Positions 48,974 to 61,590 of a DNA stretch of 64,000 nucleotides are shown here, piece by piece. The notes below the pieces were generated by a model. It was not told where the DNA came from, ran no database searches, and worked only from the letters and a program-made list of their open reading frames with translations. The stretch is from NCBI GenBank assembly GCA_002633005.1, contig NMRA01000063.1, positions 248,001 to 312,000 of the forward strand. The letters are read 5' to 3'. The translations under genes and the position numbers were made by a program. Source of the DNA: Phoronis australis (lineage: Eukaryota; Animalia; Phoronida). Each line of letters starts with the position of its first letter. The first letter of the stretch is position 1.

Positions 48974-49106
48974 GTCAGTTTCTCAGTTTCAAAGAATGTT
49001 TCATTACACACAGTAAATTCAGTATTTTTTCAAGATGTCTCCTATGACTTTGATTTTGTTTGTTGTCAAATTTTTTATTAATATCTTGTTTTTATTAATT
49101 TAATTA

Positions 49107-50911
49107 CCGTAAACATTCGGGTTAACTCCCTGGGCGGTTAAATTGGCGAACCCAAAAATTCGGGGGTGGGCAGTTAACCAGACATGGGCGCTTAAACGTA
49201 AAATTTCAAGAAATCGCGGGTGGGCAATTACCCGAACATGGGCGCTTATTACGACAGACAACCGCCCTGGGCAGTTAATCTTACCTCATGATCTTAGTCC
49301 TCACATGTACGTAGTGGGAACTCGTAACACTTTGCAAAGAGCTTTATCGTCACGAAATGCGCACTCTAACTAACACACTGTTTCGAATTTGTGGACTGTG
49401 GTCAAATTCCGAACGTTTGCATAGACAGCGTACTGCATAATTCAGCACCTCAGATGAGAACGATTATTGCGAATTCTCTTCATTTCACTATACTTCGCAG
49501 ACATTGGTGAACATGTCCATTTTAACTCAGTTGTGGTCACGCGCGCTGACCGATTTTTCCTGTTTGATTAGTGCCCAGAGGTCATAGCATTTACGGCTAC
49601 AGTCCCGACTGCTAGCTGTCCAAGTTCTGAGCCAAAGAGCAGTTTAAAATTAGTTGTAATATAAGTTTGAAAACCTAATTCAGATTTGATTTGGGGGCTT
49701 GCGATGCTCATGTTCTGGACTCCGTGACTCAATGAATTAATTACGTATGGTTTACAGGCGGCTGTCTTATCCCGAACGCCCGGGGCCACTCACTTCCCGT
49801 AGCGTGAAACATGCTACGGTACGCAATGACGACAAAAATCGCAGACAAGCGGATACCCTCGACGCAGTTGTCAACCAAAACATGGTTACCGCAACAGCAG
49901 TACTCAAGAACAATTATTTGCTTAAGATTTTATTTTAAAAATTACTAATAACTTTGGCTGCAGTCCGTGGGAAAATTAGTTCGTACACGCACGGTGTCGG
50001 TAAAATAATTCGAAGATATAGCCCCAACTATTCGGGTAATCGGCACCCCTGTCTCTTGTTCAGTAACGCTAGGACCTCGCTAAAAAGCATGACCTCACGA
50101 GATTACGTGCGATATTGCCGTGCACTTTAAGTGGGAACACGTGATTTTGGCTACATTTTCGCTGGGTCCTAGCGCAGGTCCTAGCATTACTGAACGCATG
50201 CCTGGTTTGGTATGCGACTACTGACGAGATCTAACCGGCAACGCGTCCTTACTAGTACTCGAAAGACGGACAGCCTGGATAACCCAGCAATTACATTCGT
50301 CAAAATAGGGAGAATCTGACACCTTTCCGTGAGTTATGGGAATTCTTGAAAATCCGAGAACTTCCAACTTAAAGTGAATTTGAAGTGTTGGCAAGACCAC
50401 TGTAACGTTTCTCTGGCTTTATTTTTTCGAATATGTGTTTTATCTAGAGCACTGCAGACAGATACTTAGCGCGGCAGACGGCATCGCTGAAATCGTATGT
50501 ATTGAAGCCGGCGGGGTTCTTAGTTTTGCGAAAAAGGGAAGAAAATAAAGTGACAAAGCTTTCAAGGTATTACATTTTGAAGCAAATCCATGACCCAGGA
50601 CAATAATTTGTTACTTGCATTATAATTCACATTGCCAAGCCACCGTCTCCGACGCTGTCTTTGCCCTCTTTGTTATCATCGATTTTTATCTAATAATGGG
50701 TAATCACACATTTTCGTAGCACTGGGCGCATAATCATCAATTTTCAAAAGTCGCGTATGGGCGCTTAAGCGAGAGATGGGCGCTTTACTGGAATTCTTCA
50801 AAAATCGCAGAGGGGCGGTTAACCGAGCAGTGGGCGCAGTTAAATCAAAAATCCACCTACAGTAGGGGATGGGCGGTTAACTGAACATGGGTGTTACCCG
50901 AACGTTTATGG
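49107..50911 (+). mobile_element. Family X copy 3 (Tc1/mariner-type, TA TSD) with a small nested palindromic MITE at ~50050-50200
   Basis: TA|CCGTAAACATTCGGG ... CCCGAACGTTTATGG|TA. Confidence 0.85.
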
Positions 50912-51270
50912 TATGTTTACTGTTTAAAAATGGAATTAATTGTGACTTCGTCATGAATCTATTTTTATTCAGTGTGAAATGGGCTTAAGGCTTGAGGCAG
51001 TTTACACTGAACATTCAATTGTTACTGATCTGAACAGGCTGTAGTCTTGTCGTCAGGTGAGGAATTACGTCTGACCAGTGAGTGGGACTACTTCCATTCC
51101 GTGAATAAGAAGGTTCACTGGCTGAATAATCGCAGTTGTCAAATGCTTGCTGCATAATAATCGGGAGGTAGTATTTTTGAGTCGTTGAAGTCTGAACTTT
51201 TTTGTCTACTCTCAGTTAGAAATGGTTAACTTTTGAAGAAAACATACTCAGAACACGTTACATGCAGCTA

Positions 51271-51365
51271 CACGCACACACACACACCACACACACACCA
51301 CACACACACACCACACANACCACACACACACACACACACCACACATACACACCACACACACACGC
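51271..51365. repeat. Imperfect (CA)n microsatellite
   Basis: Direct inspection. Confidence 0.9.
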
Positions 51366-52862
51366 AGAGAAACCAGAAACTAACTTCTTAGTTTGCTGTG
51401 CAAAGCAGACCATTGTCAAGTTTCAAAACAAATCGTAGCATTTGTTTTCACTAAAATTCAACTCAAATTAATTTCCCCTCTTGTCACTAGAATGTGTACT
51501 TTAATGCATTTTCATTTTGAAAATGTTTCTTTCACATATAGCAATGTGCGTGGCAATACTGGACAGACAATCAAATCAGCTGATCTGAATTACAGCTATC
51601 TCCCTTAGAATATGGCCAATTTTTGTGAGGGGAAAGTCTTTTAACTCAAATTTTTATGAGGAATTCAAATGTGAACCCTGCCCACAAAAAGGGCGAAAAA
51701 TTAAATCAAATGTCTTAATTCTTCAGGCAACTTTTATCTTAATACTGTCAGATCAAAGTACAAGAAAGAGTAATCAAGTGGAAGGACTTGTAGTTTCTGA
51801 CCATCCACAGTTGGCCGTTTGCCTACTCCACATGCCAAGAATTCTACATTGACATTTGGCTTACCCTCAAAATCCAGTTGCTGCCTGGTGGTTTTTGAAT
51901 TGGCCCAATTATGTTGCATACCCAGCAGAATTAATGAGGAATATATTATTGCAACATTAAACAAACATTTTAGGTTGTGAAAGTCACATTTCTTGTCCAG
52001 TTTTCAAAATTCACATGTGCTTTTCACGAACTATTCAAATTGCTGTTTACAAACTTTCAAAAGGAAAATTTAAGAGTACTTTTGTTGCCCCCAATGTGTT
52101 TATGATGGGTCTCATTATCTAGAGAACTATATAAGCAGCAGCCTGAAGCGATTTAATTAACCTCAACAGCATGGTGTCTTTGATCTAAACCGGCAGATTG
52201 TGAAGTGCACAAATCAGTAGAGTTGCCCTATTTCCATCGGTCAGGGTGTCAACGTACGATTGTTTTCATGCAGACGGTCCATCACAACAATATAATATGT
52301 ACTTTCTTTCAGGGAGAGCTTGTATGAGTATATGGTACATGCATGCAGATGTACACTAACCTGAAGACATACACTCAGTCATGAATCGGTGTTAGTGACA
52401 AATATTGAGTTATTGAGTGGCCTGAATTGGTATTAGTGACAGATGTTGAATTATTAAGTGTACATAAGATCAAAAAGCATAATTTGTTCTGGTCTCTGTT
52501 TTTTAAAAAGCCAGTCACTGGTGTAGTATTGTTTAGTTGCTCACTTCAAAAAAGAAAGTCTACCAGAGACGAGCCTAAAAGTATTTATTTTTTACTCATT
52601 GCTTGCCAAACCATAGTGTTTCAAACCTTGGTGACTTTTATATTAGGTTGCTTTTCAAGAAGTGCATGAAATTGATGAGTCCAGATGTTTAGTGACAAAT
52701 ATTGAGTTATTGAGTGGCCTGAATTGGTATTGAGGCCAAATGTTTAGTTAGTGAGCAAAGGTAGCAAGCTGAGTCAGTAAAGACCAGAACCAACTTTGTT
52801 TTATTTGGCCTTATGCATAATTACTCATGATGTTTTATTAAATGACAATATTCTCTCAACAG

Positions 52863-53077
52863 GTGAAAGCCATGCTGAGCAGGATATACCACCAAACACG
52901 AAGAACATTTGACAGCTCTGTCAGGACATCTGCTCTTGAGATATGGCTGACTTGTCAACCTTCTGTAGAGGACTTGAGAAGAGTCTTGTTGTCGGTAACT
53001 GATAAAGATCAGTTTGAAATGTCCAAATATGTGCTGGAAATTCTCTACAATGCAGCTCGAATGGATGAAAACGTGAG
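52863..53077 (+). CDS. MTTP: MTTP-like exon: VKAMLSRIYHQTRRTFDSSVRTSALEI...FEMSKYVLEILYNAARMDENV(R)
   Basis: Acceptor TCTCAACAG, donor GTGAGG, phase 0/2. Matches [31 protein letters not shown]. Confidence 0.95.
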
Positions 53078-53420
53078 GTGAGGCCATGGAATTGCCAGGC
53101 TTTGTGTTTTTATGGCTTATGTATATGTGAATTTAACCAAATACACTACAAGCTTGTTCCTGCCTGGAAACCATTTTTCAAACAAGAAACACAGCTGGTC
53201 CTGCAGAATTCAATGAATTGGACCATATTCCAGTTAGTTTAAGCTTACAGATCAGTGGTTCTCAAGAGTTTGAATTAACAACTCGAGCCTGCAATGCACC
53301 ACTCAGTCAACAAACTTACCCAAACTTTTGAACTTTTTCATATGATCTTACTAAAAGATGAATTGTTTTTTTCTGAATGTCGCTATTGTAAGTATAATTC
53401 TATGTATTTCCCCATCACGG

Positions 53421-53691
53421 CTGACATCAGCAGGTCTTGCCTGACGTCAGCAGGTCTTGCCTGGCGTCAGCAGGTCTTGCCTGGCGTCAGCAGGTCTTGC
53501 CTGGCGTCAGCAGGTCTTGCCTGGCGTCAGCAGGTCTTGCCTGGCGTCAGCAGGTCTTGCCTGGCGTCAGCAGGTCTTGCCTGGCGTCAGCAGGTCTTGC
53601 CTGACGTCAGCAGGTCTTGCCTGACAGCAGGTGACATTAGCAGGTCTTGCCTGACATCAGCAGGCCTTGCCTGACATCAGCAGGTCTTGCC
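53421..53691. repeat. 20-bp minisatellite, about 13 copies
   Basis: CTGGCGTCAGCAGGTCTTGC head to tail. Confidence 0.95.
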
Positions 53692-53905
53692 CGAGCCTGT
53701 TTATTGGGTTACATTAATAAACCAACTATCACTGCCCTCATGGACTCAGTGGGAGAAATACAACTTGGTCTGTAATCTTTCTTAGCAAAGGCTTGTTACT
53801 TTGCTGCAAGTGCTCAAAACGTTTATTAGTTGAGTTCCCATGTTGTTTAATATCCCAGAAATATTTCAGGAAAAAAATTAATGCGAATAATTCTACTGTT
53901 CCCTA

Positions 53906-54141
53906 GAAAATATATATCTGAAACTAAATAAGGCGATCCAGATCCTCCCAAGGATACTATTGTTTCAAGAAATGAAGAATATAAATCGGTAAATAAAACA
54001 ACAAGAATGGATCAACTGAAATTTGAAATTTTCGGATGTAACAACTTCCTTTATCAACAAAAACAGTGATAAAGGAAGTTGTTACATCCGAAAATTTCAA
54101 ATTTCAGTTGATCCATTCTTGTTGTTTTATTTACCGATTTA
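53906..54141 (-). mobile_element. Very short Penelope-type insertion with a perfect 77-bp inverted repeat and 12-bp TSD
   Basis: TSD TACTGTTCCCTA at 53894-53905 and 54142-54153; arms 53980-54056 / 54067-54143; hammerhead-like core inside. Confidence 0.65.
54022..54060 (-). ncRNA. Minimal hammerhead-like motif (U3-A8 variant)
   Basis: TTG-TTGATAA-A-GGAAG-ttgtta-CATCC-GAAA-AT-TT-CAA: same architecture as the motifs at 9292, 11891 and 13001, but different sequence. Confidence 0.55.
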
Positions 54142-54842
54142 TACTGTTCCCTAAGTATTCGTGCTGCCTCCCAGAATACTAGTATTTTGTCATTCCCGTT
54201 GACAAGAATTGACACTTCACCACTCTAAAAGTAAACAAACCTTGGTAATTCATCATGAATAAAATTTCTCTGTATTAACCTAGGCAGATTTTGGTGAGAT
54301 TCAGAATACAAGGTAAATCATGTCACTGTGCAAAAAATGTTTCTGATTAAAATGTTAGCGAAAAAATTACAGGATTACTTCCACTTCATTCCACATGGGA
54401 AAGGAACAAGTGAGGGTTGTTTAGCGGTGACAAAGTTAGAAACTTGAACAGTACTGCACCTGTGTGTACTTTATTAATAGATTTGTAAACAGACTGTGCT
54501 AGACAGAATCCTTCATCTAGTTTATTTTGTGTGGAGCCACACTACCGCATATGCGATGACTTCAGGGCAATAAAATACTGGCTGAAATAAATGAAAGAAT
54601 TGTGGACTAAAATTGGTGATTTTTCAATATGTTTGACTTCTGATGGAATTCCTTGTGAAAAGTAATATTGCAATCTTTGTTGACCAAGGGACGCAATCAG
54701 GGGGACATAATTGGTTGATATAACGTGCGGGCTCTAACAAAAGATCGCGAGATTTTTTGTTGAGAAACGAGATGCAATGAATTTCATTTGTTCACTATAC
54801 TGTGCCATTGCCTGAAGAATTTATCTTTCACTCAATTTTCAG

Positions 54843-54940
54843 GGGAACATTGAGACAGGCCCTGGAAGATCCATGGCTGCATAATTACGATGTGCTAGCC
54901 TCGAAGGGAAAGTCTAGTGCGCTCAGTGGTTTCATGGCAG
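54843..54940 (+). CDS. MTTP: MTTP-like exon: GTLRQALEDPWLHNYDVLASKGKSSALSGFMA
   Basis: Acceptor ATTTTCAG, donor GTAGGG, 98 bp, phase 2/1. Matches HNYDRFSRSGSSSAYTGYI. Confidence 0.93.
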
Positions 54941-55456
54941 GTAGGGCTGACATTTCCGTTGGTTAATTCTATAAAATAAACTGAAGATTGATGGGGTCAT
55001 CTGCTTCATTACATACCATTCTCCTTGAGTAAAAATTTCCTCGATCACGATCTAATCTAGAATCGGGCTCAATTAAACTTGTCAAGCATGCCTTCTGTGT
55101 TGGTTCACAATACTGTGGTTAAAGGCGAAGGCAACCTTTTTCCATGTCATTTTGAGCTAAAATAAGGTTGGTTGGTTATCCTAGACATACTTTCCACTTA
55201 ATTACAGCTTTTCGTAATTTTATAAATTACTCGTCCGCTACTACGGAAGTGACGTTTTAGGAGGCAAGCGTTTCCCGCCACTTGGTTTTGCATTGACTTT
55301 ACCGTGCGAATCTGTTCTATTCTACTTTTGTTTTGTGCTCTTTTTCAACAATTGTCGCCACCACTTTCCATCGGCGAGTATTCTGCGGCAAGATAGGTTA
55401 GTAGTGAAATCAACTACGTTGGATTTAGGGATTGTTTAGTGTGTTGTAAGCTGAAA

Positions 55457-55745
55457 ATGGCTGGAGTCGGTGACCCGTATCACAGTGACAGTAGTGTGAG
55501 TGACGGAGACCTTGTTCACAGCAGTGGTGACGAGGAATTTTTTCACGGACATTCAGTGGGTGGGTACATGTTTGAGCCCGAGTATAATGAGGCAGAGTAC
55601 GCACAGGCACAGGCAGCTGTTGAGAGAAACGAGGCAGCTACTGACGTGGTGACACATCTTGGTGCAAATGCACTGTGTGCGTTGTTATGCCTACCTCAAT
55701 GGAATGCTTATGCTGTTCAGAGTTCGACGAGGCCAAGCCACTACT
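55457..55745 (+). pseudogene. KolX N-terminal fragment (P2X7 C-terminal-like Cys motif)
   Basis: MAGVGD..GYMFEPEY.., then after a 2-nt slip at ~55652, SWCKCTVCVVMPTSMECLCCSE. Confidence 0.75.
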
Positions 55746-56444
55746 GGACATGGTTAAGTGGACCTCCGGCATACAACGGACAGAGGAACAACTGTCCCAC
55801 TTGCCAGAGTGTCCTGCGACACACTCCCACTGGATTGTGACCTGAGCACCCAAACTTCTTACACCGTGTCGTGTGACTCCCTCGCCACACACCTGGCACC
55901 TTCTAAATAGCTCCAACACTTTGATAAACTTATCAAAGTTTGGCTCACTGATCTGTTCACTGGACGACGAACTGTCCTCTTCACTGGGTGTCGAACTGGG
56001 CCTGTAATCACTCCCACGCTCTGGGGTACGTTCGGAGGCACGGGTGACAGTAGATGAAGTGCCTCCACTGGCTCCAGTCACTGTACTGGCCACAGCTCGC
56101 GAGGCTTCTCGCTTCAAAAACGCACTTCTCGGGGGTGGCGACGGGGCACTGCCGGGAATCAACACAGACGGAATGGCATCCTTCTTCAAGCGTTGTTTCG
56201 CGGGGACCTTCATCAGTTCAGCGTACAAATCCCTTTCGTAATCGGACGGCAGAAAGTGCTTGCCACACACACGGTAATTCTCCACTGCTTTGTACGTTGC
56301 GTGGACGGGTAACGCTGCGTTCTTCACACGAACGAGCCAAGTACGGCGAAGTGTGTCATCCATCGGAAAGCGATGCAAAGGCACTCCCAAAGCGCGCGTG
56401 AGCCGATAATTACTACATCCCGGTACGCAGCAACAGTGTGGCAT
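55745..56444 (-). pseudogene. Kolobok transposase N-terminus with THAP domain, truncated before the DDE core
   Basis: THAP motif MPHCCCVPGC..LHRFP...W...VCGKHF..DAIPS, then CQVC..WECVAGH..W; fused to antisense KolX at the deletion junction. Confidence 0.8.
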
Positions 56445-59400
56445 GTTGACTGACTAGTAAATGAAAGCGAACGACGACGGAACTTAACACAACCGAGGTA
56501 GAACAATGACTGACTCGGCAGCTCTCACAGTCAGACTATGTGAAAAGAAATTGGCGGGAAGCGCTTGCCTCCTAAAACGTCACTTCCGGAAAAGCGGACG
56601 AATAATTAATAAAATTACGAAAAGCTGTAATTAAGTGGAAAATATGTCTAGGATAACCAACCAACCTTATTTTAGCTCAAAATCACATGGAAAAAGGTTG
56701 CCTTCGCCTTCACAACATTTGTTGAAAGTCTATCAATATCAATACATTTATTTGTATTGAAGGCCTCTGGCCCAAAGTGCAATAAACAAACAATTAATCA
56801 GGCACATTTGCACAAGCAGTCAACCCATTTAAGAGTTGTTCTCAGTCTTTTAAGGGCAAAATACACATATTTAAGAGCAGATATATCTGGATTAGCTAGC
56901 GGGCTATGAAAGTCGTTTGCAAATAGTATTTTTAAATATCAGTTAGCATCAGGTGCGCTGTTTACAACATAATTGCTGGATTACTTGAGCATCAGATGAA
57001 AGCAGACAAAAGAGCTTGACTATCAGGCCCATAGGAACTCAAAAATTATTGGGGGGTCACAAACCATCGCCAAACTACCCCCCTTCCCATCGCCACCAGC
57101 TCGGCCACCATCCCTCTCCCCGCCCCCATGCTCCCAATGCCACCATATTTGTAGCGAATCTCCCACGTCTGCCCGAGGTGGAGGACCATCCCAGGGATAC
57201 AGCCATCAAGAGTTGAATGACCGTGAATCAACATGTTGTGAACACATCCACTACCACAAGAAACTGTAGGAACACTGCATTTATCCACCTTCACTCTTAT
57301 CAGGCTTCTATTGTGAGTCAGCATGCGTGAATAATTGGCTGATAAGCCACCTCTGGGACTACTTTTAGTTGAATGGATGACCAGCCCATAAAATGATAAT
57401 TAGCCAAGACCAGTTACTAATGCAACAAAGAATAATGTTGTAGCATCACCTAGCCTTGGTGGAAAGCTGTATACTGTATTGGCTCTAATAACCGCTTAGA
57501 AAAATTTCACGGGGAGGGGAGTCGACGCTCATTGTAGCCTACGGCAGTTGAAACCCGGTTTCCCAAACGGGTAAAATCGGAAGCTAGGATTCATCAAATT
57601 TACACTCTGTGACGTATTTACAGCCTATGACAGTCTTTCTACGAAATTGTGGTGCATTGCTATCAACTTCCGTTGTTAAATTACGATAATTTTTCAAAAA
57701 ATTGTGCTCATCACAGGGCGAAAACTTGCCGACTGATGCGTCGCTGAATCGCGATCGTCAGTAGGAAAACTTGAACTCTTGAACTTCAGCTTTCAAAGTT
57801 CGCCGGTAGGTCCGCAACTTCTGACCTTCGGCCTGGTTAAAAAAATGAAAATGTTGATTTCACGATTTTGGGAACTGAAATAGGGACTGCTCGAAGAAAA
57901 AGTTTCATAACGGGAGTTTTTGTTCGAGTTGGAAGGAATTAAACACATCGACAACTTCCTAAGGTGTTCCTCTATGCGTAAAAAGTATTTATAACAACGT
58001 GACTTTGATGGTTTAGTCGGTGCGAGGTATAATTCGCCGAAAAGCTTCCGGCGTACAGAGCGCCTATAGCCACTGCATCGCCTCTGGTTCGGGCCAACAG
58101 AGGCGATGGTCATTGCCTACTTGGCGGCATCCCTTTGATCGTGAGGCAAGCGCGACTCAGCCAAGGTGGATAAATACGGTCTAGTTCAATTTTCCAAACC
58201 CCACCGTTTACCTTGACCATTGGGGTTAGGACCAATTTTATTTAGTGGGAATGTTTATAGCATGACATGGAGAGTAAGACTATGCCTAGGACCAGTAAAC
58301 TAACCGGTAGCTAAGAGCTGCCTCAAGTAGCTATAGCTGAGATCTAACAATGTGAAAATACAAGAAATTGCGGATGAACTAAAGCTAGTTGCTGGTCAGC
58401 TCAGCTGTGATTCACTTGAGACAGGCAGCTCGTACCGGTCGTCTGCATTGGCTCTAAGGTCAAGATTCATTTTATTGTGATCCAGTATTGGGAATTATTT
58501 TATTATGATCATTCTTTAAAGAAGTTTTTTGAAAAGGTGATGTACCGAGGTCCCTGGTATAGTGCCTTTGGGTCTGTTTCAAAATCTATCGTTCAAACAC
58601 GACTGGCAGTCCAGTTTCTGGTGGTTGGGGAAATTGATACAGAGTGTTTCCCAAAAATGTACACAGTTCAACGTCTGGAAGTTCAGTTCCCATGGATCCC
58701 TGAGATTCTGCACAGACCTACTGCATGGTTATATCTTATTTTCAACGTGGGTGCGTCAGTCATGACGTGCATGGGAATCAGGCAAGCAAACAATTCAGTT
58801 TTGAAGAACAAAAATCCATTCCCCAATACTATGAGAAAATAAAAACACCAAGGAAGTGCAAAGACGACCTTTCTAAGCATTAGTTTAATTTTATTTTTTT
58901 AAGGACTTTTAAAACTTTTTTCGATCTACGGTTTGTGAGTCTGAATTTCATCAATGTCTTTAAGAGTTATTTTAGATAGGCAAAAATCTCCTAAGTGTAC
59001 TTTACTATTTGGGGATCGGATTACAGAGATTTCCAACTTCAGGCTGCAATTAAATTCACTGAAATATAATCATTTATGCTCGGAATATGTCCCGAAAATA
59101 ATAGGTGCGTCGCAAGCTCCGTTTCCAGAGATACAAAGGAGACCGTGTATAGGCGATATAAGGTCATTTATTATGACTGATAAGGTACAGAAATATGAGT
59201 GTACAAATAACATAAAGATAAAATAATAATCTCTGGAAAGATGGGCAATAAAAAGGGCCACGAGAGATGTTGAAGACATCTCATGCCCATCCGCAGGGAC
59301 GCACCAAAAGAAAAGGGAGGAAAAGGAGGCATTGTGTAGATTCGCATACTTACAGAGGCTGGCAGCCGGATACCAAACCCTAACTCCAGGGGCCAAGGCT

Positions 59401-60225
59401 GGAGGGGGAGGTACGTTTACCCAAGTGCTGCAACAGCTGCCGGGTGTGAACTCACCCTGGTGTCGTGGCAGTAACGAACTGAACTAAAGTAAGGCTAAAA
59501 ATACAAACGTAATGCATGGAAGACTGAACAAAACAATAAGACAAAGTGGTAAATAGGAAAAACAAGTACGCGGAGTGAAATGAAAGTACCATAAGTAAGA
59601 TAAGGAAAGAGGTAAATAATGACCCCGTAAACGAACAACAGCACGAACTGAAAATGTTACAGAGGCGATGAAGGGCAAGCCCGAAACATAAGAGAAAGTA
59701 CCTAAGATAATAAAAAAGAGAGGCTAACAGGAACTGAAGTACCAAGGTGACGATATAAACAAAATAACAGTATTAATTAACTGAGAAAGAAACTAACCCT
59801 AAGTAAACTGGAGAAATAGTACAAAGTGACTAACAAGGACGGAGAGAAGCAATGATAAAATATGGCTAACAGATGACTGGGAGAAGTGGGTAAACTGAAC
59901 AATAACATAGGCTGAAAGCCGAATGACGGTGAGTACAAACTAGGAACAACGTGGGGAAACTAAAAACACTCACGGAAGGTATTACAACAACAGAAAAGCT
60001 AAGAAGAAATACCCTAAAATATAACCGGCAATACTAATGCCAGAGGGAGGGGATGGGGGAGGGATGGGAGAAGGCAGGGGATAGAGGAGAAAAAAGGTGC
60101 AGGCAATACTGACACCGAAGGGCAATGGTAGGACAAGGTGCAGGCAATACTGAAAACGGGGAGGGAAGGGAGGTTGAGGCAAGAATGGGGAAAACGGAGG
60201 AGAGGAGGGGTTGGGGGACGGAAGA

Positions 60226-61188
60226 TTAAATTCGTCTGCCCTTAACGGGAGGAGGAGGGGTAGAAGCAGGCGTGGAGGGCTGCCTGCGACAAGACTTAGA
60301 CGGGTGCTTTCCATTGCAGGAGGAGCAGACATGGAGGTAGGGACACTGAGTGGGGGGCTTAGGGCAGGTGTGGGAGTTGTAGGACCAGCAGTAGCCAGGG
60401 GTGCGATGAGGAGAGGTGGTTTGGGGGGAGGGGGATTGGTGGGACCTGAGGGAGGTCTGAACCCACAGCTCCTGATTGATGGAGTGCCAAGGGGCGTGGG
60501 AAGGGAACCGGGCGCGGAGTTTGCGGAACTGCTGGTCGTAGTACATGGCATGGTGAAAACCAAAGGTGGAGATGAAGGTAAGGATAGTGTGGGCGTATTT
60601 GCAAAGGTGGGGGGACTGGTGGGGGTGGGCGGTAGTATAAATGCTCATGTAAACGAGAAATGCCATGCACCACTCGTGACAGGACTGGAGGGATTTTGAC
60701 TTCGGAGTTGAAGTAAGGATCTGTTGGCCTTCTTGTACGGTGAGAGATAATGTCGAGGAAGATGGATGTTGAGGGCGAAGTAGGGAATAAAAATCAACAA
60801 ATTGATTCGTAACAATCATGCCGCGGACCTTATCATCAACATTAAAACCTAACGGTAAAATGTCGGTAGCCGAGACCGCGGGAAGAGTGATGGGGAACGG
60901 CTGGTCGTTGGCCGGCGGATGGATGGTTGAAGGCAGAGGCAGCGGTGGAGGCTGCACAGGGATGACCGACGGAGCAGCTGGCAGGGGTGCTGAGACCGAC
61001 GGCGGCACGGAGAGGAGAGATATATCCTGGCGAAGTTGCTGGATGACCGACGAGACTATGGTGGAAACGTCCGGCGTTGGTGCAGAGGGCGGAGTCGAGG
61101 ACGTCGCAGACGATGGAGAGGAGCGAGTGTGTGCCGGTGAAGGGCGAGAATACGGTGAGTTGGATGGACGAGCTGACTGACGAGGCAT
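60226..61188 (-). CDS. DIRS/Ngaro-type Gag-like protein (~320 aa from MPRQSAR)
   Basis: PLGFNVDDKVRGMI..QFVDFYSLL, EWCMAFLVY, YYDQQFR, WHSINQELW and C-terminal CWSYN..C..CPYLHVCSSCNGKH..C zinc fingers; ATG immediately preceded by TTTTTTCTTTTTCAG. Confidence 0.75.
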   Translation of the reverse strand: MPRQSARPSNSPYSRPSPAHTRSSPSSATSSTPPSAPTPDVSTIVSSVIQQLRQDISLLSVPPSVSAPLPAAPSVIPVQPPPLPLPSTIHPPANDQPFPITLPAVSATDILPLGFNVDDKVRGMIVTNQFVDFYSLLRPQHPSSSTLSLTVQEGQQILTSTPKSKSLQSCHEWCMAFLVYMSIYTTAHPHQSPHLCKYAHTILTFISTFGFHHAMYYDQQFRKLRARFPSHAPWHSINQELWVQTSLRSHQSPSPQTTSPHRTPGYCWSYNSHTCPKPPTQCPYLHVCSSCNGKHPSKSCRRQPSTPASTPPPPVKGRRI

Positions 61189-61590
61189 CTGAAAAAGAAA
61201 AAACGGAGCGGCAGAGAGACTGATGCAAAAAAGGGGAACGACTGCCCCGGGAAGGGGTGGCCGAACCCCAGAGGTGGAACACAATCGAGGGAAACGTGGG
61301 GTGTATAAGGGAGAAAGGTGGCGGGGAAGGAAGGACAGGTAAGAACAGAACCCCAAGGAAGAGGTGGGAAACGGGGGTACATGGGGAGAGACGTAGAGAA
61401 AGCCCGAAAAGGGGGACCCAGGGCCCAAGGTACATGGACAGAAAAACAGGGATCCCCAAGGGGAGAGAGGAGAAAAACTGAAAAGGGTCATGGGGAGGGG
61501 AAGATAAGGCACACAGTGCAACGAAGTACTAATGAGGGGGTGGAGGGGAAAGGACACAGGGCTCCACAGGAGAAATAGGCGCCCAACAGA

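Larger units (their letters stand above)
55123..56709. mobile_element. Internally deleted Kolobok with ~158-bp TIRs and convergent KolX and THAP-transposase 5' ends
   Basis: TTAA|AGGCGAAGGCAACC ... GGTTGCCTTCGCCT (right TSD degenerate); TIRs 55123-55280 and 56552-56709. Confidence 0.85.

Noticed and set aside
53294-53674. 126-aa repetitive ORF
   Set aside because: It is simply a translation of the 20-bp minisatellite.
57270-57312. Possible next MTTP exon (GTLHLSTFTLIRLL, followed by GTGAGT)
   Set aside because: Poor polypyrimidine tract, too short, and only weak similarity to the expected segment; the next exon probably lies beyond the window.
60211-61578. Gly-rich plus-strand ORFs and alternative minus-frame ORFs
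   Set aside because: Shadows of the GC-rich, Pro/Ser-rich gag region, with no recognisable motifs.
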